A stretch of 60,500 nucleotides of DNA, counting the filler, from Sphacelaria rigidula (Eukaryota): NCBI GenBank assembly GCA_964200075.2. It is 8 parts of 8 records of this genome, joined end to end, with 100 filler letters (N's around TTAATTAATTAA, not from the genome) between each part and the next. Parts side by side here need not be neighbours in the genome. Positions count along the whole stretch, not along the records: positions 22,727 to 30,201 come from CAXNAA020014754.1; positions 30,302 to 37,776 come from CAXNAA020014755.1; positions 37,877 to 45,351 come from CAXNAA020014756.1; 5 more parts are not named here. One strand, written 5' to 3'. Both the position numbers and the translations under genes were made by a program. Shown one piece after another: positions 26,501 to 39,194 of this stretch; within the stretch, counting starts at the first letter, position 1; every line of letters starts with the position of its first letter. The notes below the pieces were generated by a model, which saw nothing but the letters and a program-made list of their open reading frames with translations, was not told where the DNA came from and did no database searches.

Positions 26501-27638
26501 CGTACCCCCATGTCAGGAAAATTTGGTATTGCTGTTTTACAGCATCTTCGCACGTGTGGATGGACCCAAAGCGGCAACTCTTCCTCAGACCACAAGGGCC
26601 ATTTTAATCATGTGTATGTAGTTAGATCGGATCGGGTGTGCCTGCCGTACTGCCGCCAGCGTTGCTTGAAGGCCACAAGACCTTTGCGGTTGGCGCTTGA
26701 TGGCGTGGGTGTCGAATGCAACGACAAGTGGTTGATCGTAGAGCACCCTTGTTCTTCGTAGCTTCATATCTCCCCCCAGGTGGTAATGCGTGACCTCGTC
26801 ATATCGGAATCCATTCTTGCAAGCTACTGTACCGAGGTGTTCACGCAGCCAGCGCGTGCTCCAGATTGTACCATGGACGCACCCCTCTGCACCACGCTCG
26901 CAACGGTTAGATTACTACCATAGGTATCTTTCTTCACTCCGCATGTCAAGAAGGTCTCCACACCTGTTTGATGTCTCATACACCCCCCCCGCCCAAACTG
27001 GCGTCTCGCACGCTGTTGTCGTTGGGCACCTAGAGGGTCGCTCACATACATGTCGGGTGAAATCAACGATGAATAACACCCCCACCCAGTTCAAATCGGA
27101 TATATCTGTTGTTTTCGCCGCATCACCGCCCTTGCTGGCATGTGTGTAACAGAGAACAGTAGTAGCGGTGACGAGAACATTGTCCTGTTTTTCAACGGCA
27201 TCTTTTTCAGCGCACAGAGGCGCGTCCTGTCCAAAAAGAGAGGCAGAGAGAAATCTATCTTCGCACTGGCCACAGGCAAGAAGATACGGAATCTCTCCGC
27301 ACCTCAATGTTCTGGCCCATGGAAAATTGGGTACATGCTGGTAGCATCGATGATGCCAGTCTCTCGAGCGATTGGTAATCGCCGAGCGAGGACACACAAA
27401 GGACACGGGCGGGAGCTTCCTCTCTGTCGTTGCTTCTCTCTCTGGTGATATCGTCATCGACACGCGTGTGGCACCGCATTCGTTAGGTGCACCTAGTCAC
27501 AGCTGCTGGACTGGTGCGGACATTTGGGGGGGAAAGATGGTTTCGCTCGGTCGTAAGTGTTCCGCGTCATCCCTGCAAAAACAAATGCTACTTGAACCTC
27601 ATTTTCGAGGTGTACCCCATTTTTCAGGATCCGCTGTT
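23556..27638. mobile_element. Large foldback non-autonomous DNA transposon (outer element B), AACAGCGGATCC termini
   Basis: Terminal IR AACAGCGGATCCTGAAAAATGGGGT; arms ~25172-26143 and ~26630-27600 are near-identical inverted copies; flanks AGAT/AGTT. Confidence 0.9.
23594..25167. mobile_element. Same-family element A nested in the left TIR of element B
   Basis: AACAGTGGACCC...GGATTCACTGTT, ~190-bp TIRs, flanks AAAT/ACAT; removal rejoins B's TIR. Confidence 0.88.
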
Positions 27639-28353
27639 AGTTGTAGATTTCTCGCCTGTGACCGTGTGCTCCATGATGAAGCTTTGCACACTGGTTGGGC
27701 ACGACACAGGCAGCATATGCCTGAAGTATCCGCGCGATTGGGTCGGGGAACACCGTACAACATGGCCCCAACTGATTGTGGGGAATGCCGTCCATGCGCT
27801 GTCAAGTCGGCCATGCAGCTGCCCAGACTTTGTACACTACAGATGAATGCGTATGTGCACACGCAGATGCAGAAACTTGGACACTTCGCGCGGCTGGGCG
27901 GCCGATATGGTAGAAAACTGACACCGGTCTATACTGCGACCCTCTCTGGATCATGACCATTTTTAGTGTACCGATCGGCACACAGTCTGTAGAGCTGCGC
28001 AGTTTATGACGCATGGCCCTACGCGCGCTGTAGCCGCTTCGAGGCGCTGAAACTTTGCGTATATATTATGCGAACCATAGTCAACAGTTCCACGTCGCTA
28101 TACCTGGCATTGTACGCTGCAGGAGTGCGCAGACGAGGAAAAAGTGGTCAAATTCTGTTTCGAAATATATATATATATATATTTCGTTTGGCGCAACTAT
28201 GAAAAAAGTGAGAATTTTCAGCTCAACGTAGCATGACCTAAGATCAGAAATACCTCCTTGAAGCATAAACATATGCTTGCCCGAAGTGCGGAGCGGAAAA
28301 AGTCAAAGCAGCATGCAGAATCTGTAAGAGCCCAACAATCACACCCCACCAGC

Positions 28354-28675
28354 TATGTGTTGAATAGTGATGTCTCTTTATTCAGGTGAAAATAGAGCAT
28401 TTGTTTTTCGTCGTATCTGCCGTATCCTACCGTATCGTATCTTATCGTACCGTACCGTATCGTATCGAGCTCGTCGTTATCGCCATTGGTTATTGCTATC
28501 GGTCATCGCTATCGGTCATCGTTATCGTTACATCGCATTGTTCTCGATGCGATAACGATATCGATATTTCGATATGATATATCGACGCTTTCGGTGCGAC
28601 ATATCGAAATTTCGGAACGACATATCGAAATTTCGGTACGACATATCGAAAGATTCGATACGATCTTCAACACTA
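28354..28675. repeat. (TATCG/TACCG)-rich element with ~21-bp internal tandem repeats, possible hAT-type MITE
   Basis: CGACATATCGAAATTTCGG x~3; ends GTGTTGAA...TTCAACACTA. Confidence 0.55.
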
Positions 28676-29014
28676 AACGCGAACCCCTTGGTCAAGAAGA
28701 TTTCGAGATCTTTACTGTGGGAGCAACCGTACGCGAAAACTAGCGTATGTATGAAGTGGTGCATTGATATACAGTGCATGAACTCAAATGGACTGCTTCT
28801 TGGTTAAGGCGCTAATTTCCAAGAGCCATTCAGTCGGCTGGTGGTCATGTACGTGTTGGTCATTCTACACGTGCATAGTGCTGTACTACATGTCACGGAG
28901 TTGTGAATATTTTCTTGCGCAATGTAGGTTCCACTTGAACAGGGCGATTTGGACTAAGTTGTTTGTCGTACAGTATTCTGATCCGTATTTGTAGCGGGAA
29001 CGTGCATGGTGAAT

Positions 29015-29284
29015 GGGGGCTCTAGAGTGCGGTACAGTCAGCAAACCACTGTACGATATGATACAACGCGTCGTAAGTACGTTATATAGTAGGGCAGTGG
29101 ATCGCTCAATGTATCGCAACCCAGTCAGTGAGTTAACTTACCCTACAGCACCGTACATGAGATGCGTGGGGGCTCTAGAGTGCGGTACAAATAGTGTATC
29201 ACAGTACATGATCATCCAACGCGTTGCAAGTACGATAATATAGTGGGGTGGTGTATCGCTCGAGCAATCACAACACAGCCAGTA
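29015..29284 (+). repeat. Diverged direct duplication (~150-bp period)
   Basis: GGGGGCTCTAGAGTGCGGTACA at ~29015 and ~29168 with continuing similarity. Confidence 0.8.
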
Positions 29285-30428
29285 CCTTACCTAAGCTACA
29301 ATTATCCATAAAGGCATCGAATCGCCGTGACGTGGATTACCTCCGCACTGCCATTTAACTTGCCTGTGCACCTTCTCTACTCCTGGAGAAGAAGCTCGAT
29401 TAATCGCTCAGTCTAATCTGCACTCATCATACGTCGTATGTCGTGTGTGTATCGTGGAACGCCAGCCCCTCTTCGTACTTAACGTGCAATACAGTAGGGG
29501 CGGTTGGTTGTCATGAACTCAGCTATTTGCCTGCGCCCTGACGAAATGTGCTGGTACGCCCCACCCTCTGCCTCTTGATGACTCTGTTTGGTGTAATGCA
29601 CACGCATCGTACATATCTCAAGATTGTATCTATGGAGATACCGGGAAAGCTGTCTCAACAACATCTCACCGCCAGATCAGCGTCGCTTCGAGCCTGGGTT
29701 TCCGTTATGAACGGCCAAGCGAGCGGCCTTACTGTCGTGCACCATGAGGAAGATGAAGGCGAAGACAAAAGTGAACAACAGGTGTTGTAGTACCGTTATG
29801 ATTTGTAACGTATGGTCACACGAGTGATGGCAACTATAATAATAGAGCTGATTGCGAGCGATTGCGGATCTTGGAAATGGATTGCAAGCGACGCTCGGCG
29901 TGTGCGAAGTCGTACCCCCTATCTATGGCGGTTCGCACGGGCCACCTTTCCGGGGGGGGTTGTGTTGTCTGCCTTCTACCTTCGATGGTACTTACTAGGA
30001 AAATTGAACGCGTGCCGCAGGTTGAGAGTAATGTACCCTATATGAAACGATAGCATTCTCATTGTGAAGAGACGTACCAGGAGAAAGCTGGGCTACACTA
30101 TCCAAGGGTACCTCAGCGGGTGTAAGGGGTACCATTTCCCGCAAATTTACCATGAGACAACAAATTGTGCGAATTGAGGTTTAACTCCGAGATGAGGTTC
30201 ANNNNNNNNNNNNNNNNNNNNNNNNNNNNNNNNNNNNNNNNNNNNTTAATTAATTAANNNNNNNNNNNNNNNNNNNNNNNNNNNNNNNNNNNNNNNNNNN
30301 NAACTGAAAAGCAAACCTTTCCGTACCTCCTCCTACCCCTTCAAACCAGGACCCCTACATTCCCACCCCATCCCCCCCCCCCCCCCTCTCTCCTGCCCCC
30401 CTTCCCTTCCCTCCAAAAAAAACCTCGC

Positions 30429-33400
30429 CTGTTTATCAAGCACCTCGATCCCCTTCTTCACGAAGCAAGCCACCCCGTCCCCCCTAGACTCCGTACGGGG
30501 CAACGTATACATCTTGTAGCCCTCAAGAGACCTGAGGCAATGCACACGCCGCCGCGCGAGACACGGCATGTAGGATCAAAACCAAACTACGGGGGGGGGG
30601 CGAGGAGGGGGCAGTGAAGCCCGTGTGGGGGATAGCTGATCGTGAGGGGCAGGGACGAATTGACGCGCGCATGGTGACAACCGTAGTACAGTGTTCGCGT
30701 CGCTCGCATTCATTCAAGAAGAGACCCTTCGCAGTGTCCCCCGTTGGCGGGAAAGCAAGCAATCCGTGATTGAAGAATGAAATGCCAAGATTTACCAGCG
30801 GAATCCGACCGAAAATCTTGGTGATAAGGGCCTCCTCCGTAAGAAGGGAATGCGTACACAGGCACACATTCGCCCAGTTCCGGGAGCTGTCAGGTGTATA
30901 TATACGTCCGTACATGTTCAACTTCCAGGCACTGTAGCCGGGAAAAGACGGGAGAAAAAAAGAAGTGAAACTGGAAGGGGCGATCTGTGAATGATAGCAG
31001 GACCGGTCGGACACAAGAAACAATGAAACTGCCCCTTCCTGTACTTGTTGTAGCAACAAGGGTACTGTAGCACAGAAACTTCGCCGTCTCTTCTTCCCGT
31101 TTGACGCTCACCTTTGGTACATATCCACCATTTCCTGCTCCGCTACCCACAACTCCTGCAAGCATATCACGTCGCTGCCCAGCCCCTGATGCACACACAC
31201 ACGCACCACGCCAACCAACACACCAAAATCAGCGATGGAAACAGTCCGGGGGAAGCGACAAGGGGGGTATGGAGACAGAGCAGCACCTTTTTATCTCAGC
31301 CAAGATAGCTGTATATTGCGGACGAATACGTGAAGAGGACCACGCAGAGCAAGAGCAGAAACCCTTGCATTGGTACGTTTGATCGATTGATTAATTGATT
31401 GATTGTCGCACATGCAATAATACCCGAAGGATACAGCCGTACTCACAATATGGACGCCCCAAGGTGAACAACATGTAAACACCCAGGGGCGAAGGTCATA
31501 AGATCAGGGCGGCGCGTGCACTGCACCAAGTTGACGGGGGGTTTCAGCGGGTCGGACCCCCCCACTACCTTGAGCAAAGCTTGCGGACGCTCGAGGCGCC
31601 TACCCCACATGACTGCCGTGCGGTGGTCTAGCCGGGCCTTACGGGAAATCGGCACATGAACACGCTTGTGAGGTACGTGTGTTAGTTCAGGTTTTCTCTT
31701 TCCTTCAAGGGAAAAAAATCAAGAAGAGGAAACACTTGTTGACAAAAAACTAGAGAAACTCGAGAAAGGGAGAGAGGAAGAAAGAGAAAAAACAATAAAC
31801 AAGGAAGAAAAAGTACTCAGCCCCAGCACCATGGCTTCAGAAAATGAAAAAAAAATTGTGCGAGACGAAAAAACTCCCACAAACGATGAAGCTACTACAA
31901 CATTATGGAACCGGGGTTCGATGGTCTGGTACCCTGTAGTCCAAGCCGATGTTTCATGGCTCATACATCGACGGTGCTGGAAGCCTTTTTGGTGCCCAGG
32001 CCTTCTCCTGCCACTGTCCAAGCACATGTGGTACAGCTTGCCTTGCATCGTTGTACGTGTCTCTCTACCGCTGCTCTAGAAACAGGGTGCATTCAAGACA
32101 ACCCTTCGTATGTCAGCGCTCGACAGCATGGAGTACAAGTGGAACGGCAAGTAGACATGTGGTAGGAAAACGCAATCGCTATAATAGTGGGAGGGCCATA
32201 CCTGGCGTTTGCGTAAGGGGTGAGGGAGGAAAACAAGCGGCGAGCAGGTCTGCCGCGAGCCCTGCGGGGAACGGGGCGGAATATGCAGTAAAGCTAGGTA
32301 GCGGTACCAGAATGCGAGATATGCGACCACCGGAGTCGCCGTTCTCCCCTGCTGCTCGTAGAGTAGTCGATGGTACTCCAGGCAGCGGCAGTCTTGCGAC
32401 GCCTGTTTTCCTTTCCCCAGTGCCAGCGTGCGGGAGGACTGAATTCAAGACGCCACCCCTCCCCAGTGCGTACTGATTGAACACCCAACAGCGCCCCCCA
32501 GCTCACAGCTTATAGCATGCGAGCCCCCAAACGAATGGGCCACACCACCGGCAGCGAAGCCAGTGCCGGAAATATCTGGTGTCACTAGGCATGCCAAAAA
32601 AGTCTTCATGGTCGTGGATTATATACTGCACATATTATGCTGCCTCTACCCGCGTTGCACTAAGCCGTAAATTGCGCAATAAATCTCTCCCATATGACGG
32701 CCACAACAATCCAAGCTTGATTATTGTCTGCCAGCACGAAAGAGAAAGCATCGTTAGGATCTCGCGAGGATCTCGAAATTGGGGTTGACGAAATAAATGT
32801 GAGGGTACCAGCCCGTTATTAGCAGAATTTACGCTGACGAATGTTGAACTAAAGCAAGGGGTTACCATATCTCTCAGTTGCAGTTGAGGCATCTTTGCTC
32901 CTCCCCCCTCTCCCAACTCACTCCCTCGCCTGGTCTGGCGAGATCCCGGCGTGCTTCGTCCCGGCTTTGTAGGGATCCGAGGCCAATGGTCTCGTGACTA
33001 CAGTATGCATGATCAGGAGTACACCCCTTCCCCTTCCAACTCTCTCTATTTTTTGGCTTTAGAAGAGAGATTACACGTAGTATGAACACCATCAAGCAGA
33101 AAGAAGGCCTCTGCAAGCCACTAAATAGCTGCAGAAGTATTACAACGCAGACGAACACCTGGTTTCGTGAGCATGTTGTTTCACGTTCCCCCCGTAGGGT
33201 GCGGTACGCTCCTCCAGGAAAATCCAAAACTCAGCCGTCTCACTGATGCTTTTCATCACCCCCATCAGTTCGACATTCCTGACTCGCGGTTAACTCGTAC
33301 CGAAGTTTCTCAAACGGTGTAAATCCTTTATACGTCAGACAGATAAACTCCCTGCAGCTCGAGCTAGCCCTTTCGTTAGCGTAGCTCCCTGCTGAGCTAT

Positions 33401-36063
33401 GAGAGCTAGGTATATGAGCCCTACTCATGTTTTCCCCTGAGTGAGCTATGAAAAGTTCATGGGCTACGCATGTTTGCCCTAGGTGAGCAACTAAGTGGCA
33501 GCTCATGGGCGCATATTCGCCCTCGGCGAGCTATGAGACCTGCATGAGCCACGCATGTTTGCCGTGGATGAGCTACCGGACGTGGGCACCAGTTACGAAG
33601 TAGCAACGTTTGACATCGCCGACAGGTGACCTCCCTGCGCCGCCATGGTATCAGCATTCGCTTGGTTGATGGTGGGTGCAATTGAAATACTTGGTGCCAA
33701 CAAGGCGTTGCCTTGGGGTACAGCTCATTACTGTCAGTCTCATTTGTGCACGTACCCCTGGAAGGACATTGTGTGAACGATCCGTAGTATACTCGTACCG
33801 CGGAGCAGCAATGTTGCACTGCCTTTCTGTTAGAACTCGTGGGGTCTTCCACCATCGTTTTGGATGGTATGGTGATGCAAAATCGTTGCCAAGTTTTTTT
33901 TTTCTTCTTTTGGATGTTCGTGTGCCGTATGTGCCGCTGTTCTGTACCGCCATGTACTGTACCGTGGTGCGACTGGAGTAACGCGCCCTTTCCCGGTTAA
34001 AGCGTTTAATCGAGAGCAAAAAACTCCACTTTGTTTTCAGAACCGGAAGCGGGAAACGCCTGCTAGGTTTTCCAACAACCGGCCATAACCGGTTCTCTTG
34101 TCGACGGTGCTCATCTCTAGCTCTGCGAGCTACATGAGCCACGCGGTTTTGCCCCGGATGAGCCACCAACCCGTATCTCATCAGCAGATGATTATCCTGG
34201 ACGAGTTATCGCGCGTAGCTCACATATAGATGTTCGACTACAAGTGAGCCACAGCCCACAGATGAGAAATGGGTGAAATTCATCCTGGCTCGGACTTCAG
34301 GAATATACTCTAGACACGCGAACCAACTTCATTCTCATAAGTCTGAACACCCCTGGTGTTTTACTTTAATTTATAGCATCATTGCATAGCTTCTCTTCCC
34401 CGTCCCCGTCGAAATTCAGGCGTGTAAAAAATCTTGGGTGCGCTGTCCGAACTGAAATATATGGCACCCCTTGACTAACGGAAAAAACTTTCCGAAATTT
34501 GTCATGCGGTGTGAAGGCCGAACTTGCTCGCATACATCTGGAATCACCGGAGGTATTCTCTTCGTCACAACACAGACACGAATCCTCGACTTTCCCGCAG
34601 GAGCTTCTGCTATGCACCATATAAAAGTATTACCATAACATATGCACCATTATACCAAGTTCGCCACTCGCTGTGGGCGGGTTTTTGTCGCGTTGCCGGG
34701 GATATGTGTGTGTTGCCATCCCATTTATTCTGGACGTCGGTCTACACCTTTCGGTATATGTAGACGCATCAGCCGGGGTCACACAGGAGGAAGGTCAAGA
34801 CAGCAGTTTCACGTCGGGTATATGTACGATGCCTTCCTTCATCATCGTGAGCAAAGGCTGCTGACACCGAGGGGTAGTGTAATGCGTCAGAGGACCGCGC
34901 GGTAGTTCAAAACAACTCAGGGTCTATGTTTTTCAAAACCAATCGGGCCAGTCCTAGCAGGTACCACGCCCCTGACCATAACCCCCACACTAACCGTGAC
35001 ACAAACCGTAACCATAGGTATGTTCGGATTCCGATGCGGTCCTCTAAGCACGCGGTCCTCTCACGCATTACAGGTAGGACCTTCGAGGTGCCTCCGATAG
35101 GGACACATGTCAGCTAACAACAAAATTCGGTAGAAATGACGATGGCAACCTACGGTCAACCCTTACACCGCGTTGCGGGTAGTCCATCTGGATCACGCAT
35201 GCTTTTTCAAATGAAATTGATGCCGATTCAGCAGGTGGCCTAACCTAGCGGTGGAGGGGACGGCGAGGCTAATCCATCTGTTGATCCAGATGGACTCCCC
35301 TCGCAGTCCAAGGACTAAATTGTCGCAGTCGTGGCTGTACTGCGGGAGGTTTTATGCCAATAATGCTACTACTGTTGTAGTGCCTTGTTTATGTCGATAC
35401 TGTCTGAACTGTCTGCACCGTATGATCACCTACAAGTACGCTCGGTGCATCAAATGCCTGCATGGAGACCACGGCGAGACTCCACACGGTCGTAGTGGGG
35501 GCACGGACAGAGAAACTCATCGACTCGGCGCACACGCAAGCAAACGTAGTACGATAAAAAAATCGACACTGCACCTTGAGATGTCGCAGTATGGACCCAT
35601 GCCTCTCTAGATAAGCATTCCTATCCTGGCTCTCTCGGTCGTCGCCGGAGCCCACCCTTTTGAATATGGGCGCAAGGACATTGAAGGTCGTAATCGACAA
35701 CCTGTCCAGCTCTGCTCCCGCATAACCAACGTCATCTGGCGCAGCTCCCGATACTGCCCTGCAGCCCCTTTCTATGCTACAGGAAGTACGACCGCTGCAG
35801 ATCCCACTACAGGGCGGAAGTACTGGAGAGCTCACGCTACTTCTTGGCGGAAGACAATCCCCGCAGGATTCAAAGCACCGGCGGTGAACTGGATTGGTGA
35901 ATGCTGAAGCAGATAGGGTGGAAACGAGCAGATGCGCAAGTGTGCACACGAAACCTGTCTTCGCGCGTCGCCGCTGTTGTTGCAAAGAAGTCGACGGGTG
36001 CGCATCGCTACAGAAGTCATAGCCAAACGTTGGTAATGGTGGCCAGATGCCTGCTGTTCTCAT
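30429..36063 (-). CDS. EEP (endonuclease/exonuclease/phosphatase, CCR4/nocturnin-like) family protein, 5' part. Exons 36063-35575, 31185-31112, 30531-30429; continues beyond contig
   Basis: Spliced product ...LSITTFNVLAPIFKR...RES...ILRHLK|GLGSDVICLQELW...MYQR|SLEGYKMYTLPRTESRGDGVACFVK; exon phases 0/2/0 are consistent; hallmark T.N.L, DVICLQE and DG.A motifs. Confidence 0.93.
31381..31680 (-). mobile_element. 3' end of a retroposon with (ATCA)n tail, intronic
   Basis: Minus strand ends GTGCGACAATCAATCAATTAATCAATC; same end at ~1571-1596. Confidence 0.55.
33241..34290. repeat. Intronic element with multiple GAGCTA/ATGAGCCACGC..TTTGCCC subrepeats
   Basis: Motif clusters at 33355-33580 and 34115-34250. 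Confidence 0.5.
34878..35072. mobile_element. 195-bp MITE, TGT...ACA termini, 5-bp TSD GGTAG
   Basis: TIR TGTAATGCGTCAGAGGACCGCG / CGCGGTCCTCTCACGCATTACA; GGTAG at 34873-77 and 35073-77. Confidence 0.85.
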
Positions 36064-36336
36064 CACTCCCAGCTAGCTCTGCCTCTGCTTCGCAGAAAGT
36101 AGGCAGCGTGGAAGGAAGTGCGCGCAAAGGTGAGTGCAATTGTACTGTGGAGATAACTTTTCTGTTCCGAAAAGCCACGATTGGTGAATGACGTGACGTA
36201 CCGTCTCGATACGGGTCAACAAAGTAACGGCCGTATTCGGTAGAGTAGTATTCGTACAGCGATAAAGCCCTGTTGATACTCTTGTGTGGAAGCTTGTGGT
36301 GGTAGGGGCAAACGAAGGCGATTGGCGATCGCAATC
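36064..36336. promoter_or_regulatory. Putative bidirectional promoter / shared 5' region
   Basis: ~270 bp between divergent ATGs (36063 minus, 36337 plus); depends on the plus-gene start call. Confidence 0.45.
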
Positions 36337-37008
36337 ATGAGAATTGACTCCCCAAGCGTGAGTCGTGACGGTGAAATTGCCTTCTTTCGTCACCCTTGAC
36401 GGAACACGGAACACACCCACGGGGAGCAGTTGTATGGATTTTAGATGTGCCCACTCTTTCGTTGTGAGAATCGGCAGTATCTTCACGATCGATCGTGTAC
36501 AGTCCAGACACGTTGCGTAGACATTGCTTGAATTGAACTCACACTGTACAGCTGTCTCCTTCTCGGTTCGCAAAAGTCGTGAAGGGAGAGAGGGAAGGAA
36601 ATATGGGGCTCACGAAAGCATAGCGAATGCATAAACTGCAACGGGCAGGTGAAGCAACCTGACGGCAGCGTGGATCCAACACCCACAGGGTGGATATCTA
36701 CATTTGGAGAGAAATATGCGACATGAGAGGAACGATACTATAATGGAGAACCATACATGGTATTACTCTGCGGGGGTACAGAAGGTTGTGTTCGGAGCAT
36801 TTGCTGACTCCACAGCGTGTTTCAGACGTTCACCGAAGCCCACGTTCTCGCCCTATGATGACCCCTTCACGAATAACCCCTACAGGACCAGCAATTGGCC
36901 AAAAAGGCACCGCCACCGCTACAATTCGAGTGCGAATTCAAGACCGATTTTAAAGCCATTGGGATCACGTTGGATGTGAACGACGAAGGAAGACTTGTAG
37001 TGGAGAAG
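36337..37008 (+). CDS. 5' exons of a probable PDZ-like domain protein (36337-36357, 36886-37008)
   Basis: AATCATG MRIDSPS|GTGAGT; phase 0-0 exon DQQLAKKAPPPLQFECEFKTDFKAIGITLDVNDEGRLVVEK|GTGAGG resembles the PDZ N-terminal strands. Confidence 0.6.
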
Positions 37009-38937
37009 GTGAGGAAAAGACGAACCGCCTGTCACGTTGTTGGCCGTCGTAATCGCGGTCAACGCTGCACGATATTTTTTCCTCGGCGCACCGAATTCCA
37101 AGATACGAAGTGCCGAGGCATGCGCGGGCAGAAAGAACACTTCAGGGTATTGCCCATCAACAACAACTGTAGGCCTCAAGATCGAAAATTCGAGAATTCG
37201 AGTTTTTGAGGGGGGGGGGAGGGACACCAAGCCTGCTATCCCCTAGTTTATTGTCGAGGCGTTGGCGGATGCGGTTAGCTGTCGTGTATAGAGATTCTTG
37301 GCACGGAGACCACTGAGATCACGGACACACCGCCCCTCCGAACTCATCACCAACCATGATAACATTTGTGGGATCGTGTTCCGTGTCGTGTGCCTCGACT
37401 ACCACCACTACTAGTAGTCCGGGCAACTTTAGCGACGCGTGAGATAATGTTGCTATACTTTGGGTACACGCTGTCGCTACCGTGCGCTCGTGCGTTGTAC
37501 ATGAATGTGTGTGAGCGTTATCAGCATCCTAGGTCATTGGGACAGGGTGGGCAAGGCTTTCGGTTTTTGTCAGTGTTGATCAAGTTATTTCAACAATTTT
37601 AACAAAAAATCACAAATCACAAAAAAAATCACGAAAAAAAAGTCCAAAATCATGATAGTTTTCGAAAAATGTTCTCCGGGGGAGGGGGGGGGGGGAAACG
37701 TGTCCGAAAATGTTATCTCGACAGACCGTTGACTGTACCACAAAACAACTGCACAAAGCCTATATTCGATGGAAATNNNNNNNNNNNNNNNNNNNNNNNN
37801 NNNNNNNNNNNNNNNNNNNNTTAATTAATTAANNNNNNNNNNNNNNNNNNNNNNNNNNNNNNNNNNNNNNNNNNNNCTGCGAAGATCGTTCGGCCTGAAG
37901 CCTACTGGTTATCTTACATTTGGATGACAGCCAACAATGAGCTGCTTTATTCTGTGGTATCGCCACTTCCAGAGACAGTCAAGGTTATACACTGCCTCAT
38001 GGGTGTGTGTGGTGTGGGGGAGGGGGGGGGGGTATCGTATAGAAAGTGTCCTTGCCTGTTTGTGTCTCACCCTTTCTATTACTTTGTTTATGTGTGCATC
38101 CCACAAACAGTTGTTCTAGATATCTACACCAAGGTATGTACACTGGCTTACGGTCGACAGTTCATCTTCTCCCCACTTCCATTTGAACTTGACGGGGTTT
38201 TCCTCATCTTCGTTACATACAACTACCGCGCATTCGTTAACGTTCGTTTTCACTATCCACTTCCTTGTGTATTCTACCTAGCACTTTCTCTTTTTGCGTC
38301 TTCAATCCTTCCGGTGTTTCTGAAATCATCCGCGAACATCACTCCTGATACCATATTTCCCCCACCTTGACTTCTTGCTTTGCTGCTTCTGTTGTTATTA
38401 TCAGATCATTGATACCTTGAATAGAATGGGTAATAACGTACATCCTTGTGCAACTCCTTGAAAATATCGAAATAATGTTTTATTTTTCCCTCTAGCATTA
38501 TAGCACTTTTGGCACATTCTGTCATCTTCTCTACCTTTTCCCACAAATTCCCTGAGATCTTAGCTTCCCACATCTTTTTACACAGCCCATTCCTCCATAA
38601 TGTGCCATAGGACTTTTGTACGTCCGGAAAGAAACACTACGTTCTCAGCTCGGCGCCATTCCTACCTTGAATAATCTTACCAAATGTGTGCACGTGATCT
38701 ACGCAACTACGGTTTGGTCAAAAACCTGTTTGCCCCTCGCCGTTTTTTCTTCTTTTCTAGCACCATTGCCCCTCTATCGTTCAGAATATTACCGAATGTT
38801 TTTCTCTACGGTGCTCAATTACGTTATCCCTCCGTAATCCCCGGGGTAGGCCTTGTCTCCCTTCCTGAAGAGGTTGACTACTACTCCTTTTGTCCACCTC
38901 TTGGGTGCGTACTACTCATTTTTCAAGACCCAGTCAT

Positions 38938-39194
38938 GATACTTTCTACCGTAGTCCCCCCAAAAAAACCAGCCCAAATTGTCACGAAAAAAGTGGACAT
39001 ACAGCGCCTGATGTTTGAGTCCAGGCTGAGTGAAACGCCTTGTATGGGCGACATTGGCGAAAACGAACCCAAGCGTGGGAATTCCTAGCTGCTCGTTGTG
39101 GTCGGCTTTTTCCATTTCGATTTACGTCAAGATTTTGCCTCCCCAAACCAGGCACTTTGTTTTTTTTTGGGGGGGGGCTTTTGTAGAAAGTGTC
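38938..39194. mobile_element. ~250-bp MITE (GACACTTTCTAC family), inserted in LINE
   Basis: Homologous along its length to 43589-43834; TIR GA(T/C)ACTTTCTAC. Confidence 0.85.

Noticed and set aside
23736-27956. Many 100-190 aa ORFs recurring in several copies
   Set aside because: They are translations of the foldback repeat; frames are not conserved between copies and carry no recognisable motifs.
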